Origin: Octopus bimaculoides | Lineage: Eukaryota | Length of the DNA: 64,000 nt | Reading direction: 5' to 3' | Assembly (NCBI RefSeq): GCF_001194135.2 | Contig: NC_068984.1 | Location: forward strand, 101,471,509-101,535,508 | In this document: one piece after another, positions 62,691 to 64,000 of the stretch | How positions within the stretch are numbered: the stretch's first letter is position 1 | How the letters are laid out: every line of letters begins with the position of its first letter | Notes under the pieces: generated by a model | Database searches by the model: none | What the model was told of the DNA's origin: nothing | The model's input: only the letters and a program-made list of their open reading frames with translations | Program-made: the position numbers and the translations under genes

Positions 62691-63331
62691 AGAAAACCAA
62701 CCTCAGTTGATTTTACCCAACTTGAATAAAAGTTAAGTAATATATCTTTGAACCAACTACCGATATAAGTTGAGCTGTGCCTGTACTTATGCAATGAGGA
62801 AAATATTAGTCAATATCATTTTAAATAATCTGACAGGTATATAAAACAACTCTGAACATGTTATATAATCTCAGCAAATTGCAGACTTCACCATATTTGC
62901 CAAAGTAATTCTACTAAGTAGTGTACTTACACTGGCATAGAAATTTGGCATATTTTAGAGAATAAATGATTCAGAGATGTCATCAATGACCATGCAACCA
63001 TGTAGTGTAGATAGAGCAAGAAAGCCTAGCGGAGCCCATCCATCTCCAGGTTAAACTCATTTCTACAGCTTAGTGGACTGGAGCAACGTGACATGAAGTG
63101 TTTTGCTCAAGAACACAACAGATTTCCCGGTCCTGGAATCAAAACCACAATCTTACAATCATGTAAGTTAGTTATATATATGTAAGTTAGTTATATAGTT
63201 ATTTATATTCTGAGATAGCCCAACACTCTAACCACTAAGCCACATTCCTCCACCACTCATCATGAAATCCTATATTGACATTCTTAAACATATTTATAAA
63301 TTTATCTAAAAGTAAAGCATTTTCTTTTTAC

Positions 63332-63510
63332 CTTTACAATGTTCTTCAAGTGGTACAAATGAGTTCATGCTTTTGACCAGCTGTAAACGACATTGTAACC
63401 ACAGTGAAGATCCAATCTTTGATAAATGTTCCACATCAATTGTGTTGTGCAGAATGTTAGGTTTGGCCTCAGGTGCACTGCTTTCAGTGGTATTCTCTTG
63501 AGATTTGCTG
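63332..63510 (-). CDS. CFAP54: CFAP54 exon, 179 nt, phase 2 to 1 (SKSQENT...LWLQCRLQLVKSMNSFVPLEEHCK)
   Basis: Acceptor CACAG|CAG (tandem), donor AAG|GTAAAA; conserved LWLxCRLxLV. Confidence 0.9.
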
Positions 63511-64000
63511 CTGTGGTTAGAAAAAATTTGGCTTTACACAGCCAAGAAGTATCACTAGAGTGGCAGATTTGGTTAAGTGCAGTATGTAGTTATGTATATT
63601 CTGAGTTGAAATCCAAGCAGACTTTGCTTCGCTTCTCATCTATTTCATATTAATAGCAGGCTTGACTACATGGTAAGAAGTTTACTTCCCAACCACATGG
63701 TTCTGGGTTCAGTTCCACTGTGTGTCACCTTGGGCAAATGTCTTCTACTATAACCCAGGGCCAAGTAGATTTGGTAGACAGAAATTAAAAGAATCCTGTC
63801 ATATATGTATATTCTTTTATTCTTTTACTTGTTTCAGCCATTTGACTGTGACCATGCTGGGGTACTGCCTTGAAAGGTGTCAAACAAATCGACCCCAGGA
63901 CTTTTTTTTAAAGCTGAACTGCTAAGTTACAATGACATAAACACACATCACTAGTTGTCAAGTAGTGATGGGAAACAAACACAGACACAAAGACACACAC

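Larger units (their letters stand above)
30924..63510 (-). other. CFAP54: 3' part of CFAP54 (cilia- and flagella-associated protein 54); gene continues beyond the window
   Basis: Chain of GT-AG exons with compatible phases; peptides LWLQCRLQLV, KLKNVYLP, MLAWLAIRTTA, KIPDF, ISWMHIF, EVCFQWY and MPFE..LLELF..G..WL align with human CFAP54 C-terminal motifs as recalled (LWLRCRLALV, PLKNVYLP, SLAWIAIRAAA, NIPEF, ITWILL, ELCFQWY, VPFD..LERLF..G..WI). Confidence 0.92.

Overview
AT-rich animal genomic DNA from a draft assembly, with five N gaps and dense (TA)n/(CA)n microsatellites. The SINE and RTE repeat families look like octopus (coleoid cephalopod) repeats; that assignment is from my recollection, not a search. 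Two protein-coding genes are well supported, both on the minus strand. (1) RAD51B: an uninterrupted 358-aa CDS (25321-26397) with a probable 87-nt intron only in the 5' UTR, making it a retrogene candidate, flanked on both sides by long foldback inverted repeats. (2) The 3' part of CFAP54: 13 phase-checked exons from 63510 to the stop at 30924, plus a candidate 34-nt exon needed to keep the frame, about 817 C-terminal residues in total. The left 14.5 kb is CpG-poor and appears T/G-skewed on the + strand. It probably belongs to an unidentified + strand gene (candidate 23-nt micro-exon and terminal exon near 12.4-14.5 kb). The remainder is transposon debris: at least three tRNA-head SINE families, RTE LINE pieces, Tc1, pogo/Tigger and mariner remnants, and hAT-, piggyBac- and Helentron-type non-autonomous elements, several nested with clear TSDs. 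I found no convincing wholly new biological system. The best leads are the intron-less RAD51B, the frame-restoring CFAP54 micro-exon, a 197-bp perfectly identical core in two otherwise diverged SINEs, a 120-bp direct repeat bracketing a CFAP54 exon, and a sharp CpG mosaic.
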